A stretch of 64,000 nt of DNA from Gammaproteobacteria bacterium (GTDB lineage Bacteria > Pseudomonadota > Gammaproteobacteria > Eutrophobiales > Eutrophobiaceae). Each line of letters begins with the position of its first letter. Positions within the stretch are counted from its first letter, which is position 1. Positions 62,347 through 64,000 of this stretch are shown here, piece after piece. The notes beneath the pieces were generated by a model that made no database searches, was not told where the DNA came from, and was given only the letters and a program-made list of their open reading frames with translations. Both the position numbers and the translations under genes were made by a program. The stretch covers positions 1,728,001 through 1,792,000 of the forward strand of contig CBDCTH010000012.1 in NCBI GenBank assembly GCA_965222155.1. The letters run 5' to 3'.

Positions 62347-64000
62347 TTAAAAATCAAATGATTTGCGCACCGAGAAGGAGACCATACGCGGCCAGGGGCG
62401 GACCATCCCCGGAGGAACCCAGCCGGGCAAACCGAGCCGGGACGGCTGGTTGCCCCCGTTAAAGATATACGCCAGGGTCTCATCCTCATCCAGCACGTTG
62501 TCGATGCTCAACACCGCAGACCAGCCGTCACCGTCGACCCCGGCTCTCAGGTTGAGAATGGAATAACTGTCCATCTCACGATAAGTGATAAAGGTCGGCC
62601 TCAATTGGTTAACCTGGTCATCCACCCAGGAGAAATCGCCGCTGATGAACCCGGTCCAGTTGTTCCACCCCAGGGGCCGTTCATAACGGCCGTTCAGGTT
62701 GAAGGTGACTTCCGGCACATGGGGGATTATGTCCCCATCCATTCCGTTAGCCGGTATAGGCGCGTCCGCGGTCAGTTCCGCGTCGCTGTAGTTAAAAGTA
62801 ACCCCGAAAGACAGCCCTTCGGCAGGATAGGCCTGAGCCTGCACTTCAACCCCAATGACTTCCGCGGTGCCCCCATTCCCCCTGTACGAGAATGTAAGTC
62901 CACCTGGCGCGCTTGCCTGTTGCCGGGCCTGGATATCCGTCCAGTCAACATAGAAAAAGGAACCGTTTAAAATAAATTTGCTATCCGCCCAGGCGCTTTT
63001 GAACCCGACTTCATAACTATCCACCGAGTCGGAACCAAATCCCGCGGGGATGGTCACGCCGGCGATACTGGCTGCTGTCTGATCGTTCGGGCCGCCGGAG
63101 CGGAATCCCTGGGCAAACTGAAAGTAGGCCATGATGTCATCATTCAGATCGTAGGAAACGTTTGCCTTAAAAATGATGTCCTTTTCTCCAAATGCCAGTT
63201 GCGGGCCGGGGCCACTGCCGGGCCTCCCCGGAAAGCCGGTAACCGCTGCTGCGTTTTCCACCAGGTCAAAATCGAACCAGCGAAATCCGCCCGTCACATT
63301 CAACTGCTCGGTTACGTCCCAGGACAACTCACCGAAGAGCGCCTTCTCGTCAACCGAGGTGTCTACCGTACGATCCAATAGCGAGATGGAATCGGGAGTA
63401 ACCTTGCCGGTCACCGAATCCACGGTGATCACCTTGCTCCTGAAGAAACGTTCCTCCGACTGGCGAAAGCCGCCGATCAACAACTGGAACGGGCTGTCCC
63501 AACTGGAAGCAAAACGAATCTCGTTGGTGAATAGTTCGCGATTTTGTGGTTGAACAATAAAAGACTGGCCGCTTCCATCCGCGGGAAATGCCAGGCGAGT
63601 AATGATCTCGATTTCAGCAGAGGCATCCCGGTTAAGATCCGTGTCCCGCTGGAGCAAGGATGACGTGAAGATAACGTTACCCCACTCCGGATCGTATTCG
63701 AACTTGACGTTGTACATGTTGGTCTTGTCAAGAAAACCCGCAGCGGAAAGGTCCGTATTGTAAAACTTCGGTACCGGTCCGCCGTTCAGGGACGGGCTGA
63801 CGGGGAGATCGATTTCCTGGTCCATCCAGCCGGCGCGGCCATGGGTCTTCGAATCCTGGTGCATGCCCAGGATTGAAAATTTCAACGTATCCGTCACCTG
63901 CACAGCCAGCATGCCGCGCAGGGCTTCGGTATTGTCGTCATTGCCGTCTTCCCTGAATCGATTGTCGATATAACCTTCGTTATCGATCTTGATACCGGCA
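62347..64000 (-). CDS. TonB-dependent receptor (5' end outside the window)
   Basis: AQGFRSGG, YEVGFKS, barrel strands, C-terminal SFDF; frame appears open to the window edge. Confidence 0.88.
   Translation of the reverse strand, partial: AGIKIDNEGYIDNRFREDGNDDNTEALRGMLAVQVTDTLKFSILGMHQDSKTHGRAGWMDQEIDLPVSPSLNGGPVPKFYNTDLSAAGFLDKTNMYNVKFEYDPEWGNVIFTSSLLQRDTDLNRDASAEIEIITRLAFPADGSGQSFIVQPQNRELFTNEIRFASSWDSPFQLLIGGFRQSEERFFRSKVITVDSVTGKVTPDSISLLDRTVDTSVDEKALFGELSWDVTEQLNVTGGFRWFDFDLVENAAAVTGFPGRPGSGPGPQLAFGEKDIIFKANVSYDLNDDIMAYFQFAQGFRSGGPNDQTAASIAGVTIPAGFGSDSVDSYEVGFKSAWADSKFILNGSFFYVDWTDIQARQQASAPGGLTFSYRGNGGTAEVIGVEVQAQAYPAEGLSFGVTFNYSDAELTADAPIPANGMDGDIIPHVPEVTFNLNGRYERPLGWNNWTGFISGDFSWVDDQVNQLRPTFITYREMDSYSILNLRAGVDGDGWSAVLSIDNVLDEDETLAYIFNGGNQPSRLGLPGWVPPGMVRPWPRMVSFSVRKSFDF

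Overview
A 64 kb bacterial window, probably from a Gammaproteobacterium; the density of toxin-antitoxin (TA), restriction-modification (RM), repeat and pseudogene content would fit a host-associated marine lineage, which is inference only. Catabolic and respiratory genes alternate with defence islands. Metabolic content: a non-canonical nitrate-reductase-like operon (dihaem cytochrome c, Tat-exported Mo enzyme, NapG-like, NapH-like), a ureohydrolase/DUF1989/MFS/YghU cluster, TTQ amine dehydrogenase subunits beside an acetylene-hydratase-like Mo enzyme, a CTP-dependent riboflavin kinase-HAD fusion, PhoD, a divergent SAH hydrolase, a Rieske oxygenase plus GcvT-type dehydrogenase, 5-oxoprolinase, secreted hydrolases and TonB receptors. 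Defence content: Phd-PemK and HigBA TA pairs, a type III RM locus with a RelE-UvrD helicase, a HEPN protein, tandem PD-(D/E)XK genes and two ABC-ATPase/DUF4276 pairs. The best candidate for an undescribed system is a three-gene operon at 31.7-36.4 kb: an SPPY-type DNA methyltransferase, a Ser/Thr kinase-P-loop ATPase fusion split by one frameshift, and an effector-less tandem CARF-like protein. Mobile DNA comprises one complete IS5, two MITEs with target duplications and several palindromic repeat families. Many genes, mostly defence genes, carry frameshifts, nonsense codons or large deletions. No rRNA, tRNA or CRISPR array was recognised. All family calls come from motif recognition by eye, not from database searches.
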